From the NCBI RefSeq assembly GCF_006345805.1, contig NC_042997.1, forward strand, positions 22,134,001-22,198,000: a stretch of 64,000 nucleotides of DNA, given 5' to 3'. The stretch's first letter is position 1. Each line of letters starts with the position of its first letter. A program made the position numbers and the translations under genes. Source of the stretch: Octopus sinensis (taxonomy: Eukaryota). Positions 61,901 through 64,000 of the stretch are shown here, one piece after another. The notes beneath the pieces are model-generated. The model ran no database searches. It was not told the DNA's origin and saw only the letters and a program-made list of their open reading frames with translations.

Positions 61901-64000
61901 TATTCAACAACTGATTAACAGCAACATTAAGCACTAATGATTCAATTTAATCTTGTTCCTCGATATACCTATGATGGTGGTGCAATTACGTACATTTATG
62001 GTAATTAAGTCCAGGAACCAGTTTCTATATTAATCCAAATTGTATTTTCTTTTCTTTTTGTCATAATCAGGTGTATGTTCAGTTTGAACGTCTGTATGTT
62101 GGCAGCTGCTGGAAAACCGTGGGTGGCTTACTTTCTGAGGGTGAAACAAAGGAGGGATACATAAAGCTGGGAGTTCAGAGAAAACAGGCTGTAATGATTG
62201 GATAGATGCAGGGGTTGTAAGCCCGAGTTCGTAGTTTGCCAGATGTTGAGCAGTTCTCCAGTGAGGGTCTCTGTAGAGAGTCAGCAATCGATACGCTGGC
62301 TTTGAAGGGGGAAACTAGTTTTGTGGCGTGCTGCTGTGGCTATTATTATTATTTGTTTAGGATCATAGTAATGCTTAGCATTTACGGTGACTGATAGTTT
62401 TATTCGTCGTCCAAGACCAAAGATACTGAAGTATAAGATTGTTTCCTTTTCCTCGATATTAGCAGTGATTGTGTATTTATGATGTCGAAACCATAGAGAT
62501 ATCTCCATTAACCTTCTTGCTAATACAAACTTCCTCCATTTTTAAATATAATCATTAAATAACTCCATAAATGTCCATCGGTAATGTTTCCTTTTTTTCG
62601 TTGTTTCGTTTTGTTTGCTTGTTTTTTCGAACATATCTTTACGTTGAAAAACATTTAGTACATTTTGATTCTTAACTAGGAATCGAATTGGTTAAGATCT
62701 CAAGTAAACTTTACCGTTTCAGCTATTTGCCGAGAACATAATGTATACAAACGTAGCAGCCTTTGCCCATTGATTCATCTCGCCTCACCTCACCCCATCC
62801 CTCTTTTGATACCCCTCTCTCTCTCTGGATTGATTCTTCTTCTTGCCAAGTGTCGGATTTGATTTGTATTCCTATATGGCAACCAGACTAGGAAGGTTGA
62901 AAGCAAGGACGTCATTGACATTTAAACTTAGACTATAAATGTCCTATCAGAACAAAAATTTGGTGTGGAGGTGGTAAGGATCAGTTGATTATGTCAACCT
63001 CAGTACTTTATTTTATCTACCCCTATAGGATGAAAGGCAAAGTGACCTCGACAGGGTTTGAACTCAAAATACATAGAGCCAGAACAGATACTGCAAGGAA
63101 TTTATATTTGTTCGACTCTTTGGCGTTTCTACCTCTCCACTCTCCTAAGAAAGTCTGTCGTTCTTGCAACTATGCTATGTATGTTGACGAATTCCACCAA
63201 ATAATGATGATTCATAATGATTTCTTTCATAGACAGTAACTCAATTTATAAGAGAAGTGTTTAAAACGAAGAATTTCCTTACTTTCATTATGTTTTTTTA
63301 ATTAAGCACTTACAAGTTTTTTGTTTTTGTTTTTTTCGCATCTCCAGTAACTTCATTTACTCATTTTAATTATTTTACTGCTTGATCTCATCACGACCCC
63401 GAACATAATTCATTCTTTTAAAGTTTTTAAAAGTAAACAAATGTTCGGGTTTGTATGTGATGGGGTATTCATTTTCATAAAATAAAATAGCTATATTAGG
63501 GGGACGTATTTCAACTTGTAAAATGGACTAACATCAACAACGTCAATTTCTATCCAACTAACAAGCTCAGATTTAATCGAATGACTTATTTGATTTACGC
63601 CGATAATTTCGCTATGAGAAAATTTCCATAAAATTATTCAATTGTGTCTTTTGACACTTTAACATGGCTTCAACGTAGGAGCCTCACTAAGGTGGTTGGA
63701 GATGCTTGATATAGCGACCAAATAATTTACAATTTACATTATTAATTTAAATTAGGGATACTTTAGTTAATCCTGGATTAAATCTGCTTAGCTCAAGCCT
63801 AGCCGGTGATAAACATCAATTATTTAAGTTTGTTTTGATTCCGACTCCTGAATGCAAACATAATTAAAAATGGTTTAATATTCCCACACATAGAAATAGA
63901 ACTTCTTTTGAGGGTGTGAAAGAAATAAGCTATTACCGCTCAATCTATTTAACAAAAGCTTGTCTCTCTCGTTACAACCACTAATCGTTATACCATTTTT

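Noticed and set aside
62030-62508. Two adjacent minus-strand ORFs in non-repetitive sequence
   Set aside because: No recognisable domain, real ATG context or convincing splice sites. An unannotated exon cannot be excluded without RNA data.

Overview
AT-rich eukaryotic (animal) genomic DNA dense in microsatellites and transposon debris. The SINE repertoire and repeat landscape suggest an octopod cephalopod; this is an inference, not shown by the sequence. Only one likely host gene is visible: the 5' end of a probable K-Cl cotransporter (SLC12A4-7/kcc family) on the + strand. It has a putative promoter and UTR exon near 41.5-41.75 kb and a first coding exon at 41980-42196 that begins with an RFxV motif. 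No further exon is recognisable, so the rest of the window is probably a first intron of more than 21 kb. The remainder is at least six SINE-like families (labelled A-H here as working names only), LINE fragments (CR1-group, RTE, RTEX-like, HERO-like, Tx1/L1-like, possibly Penelope-like), Tc1/mariner, maT, hAT and Helitron-type DNA elements, and simple repeats. Almost all listed ORFs are microsatellite artefacts. The most interesting signals are: a minimal hammerhead-ribozyme fold next to a tRNA-derived head; two apparent LINE-SINE 3'-tail partnerships; a Tx1-like LINE end inserted cleanly into a SINE promoter; and a 61/62-bp minisatellite with a 308-bp higher-order repeat expanded inside a retroelement. 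Family names come from motif recognition, not database searches. Coordinates of degenerate elements are approximate.
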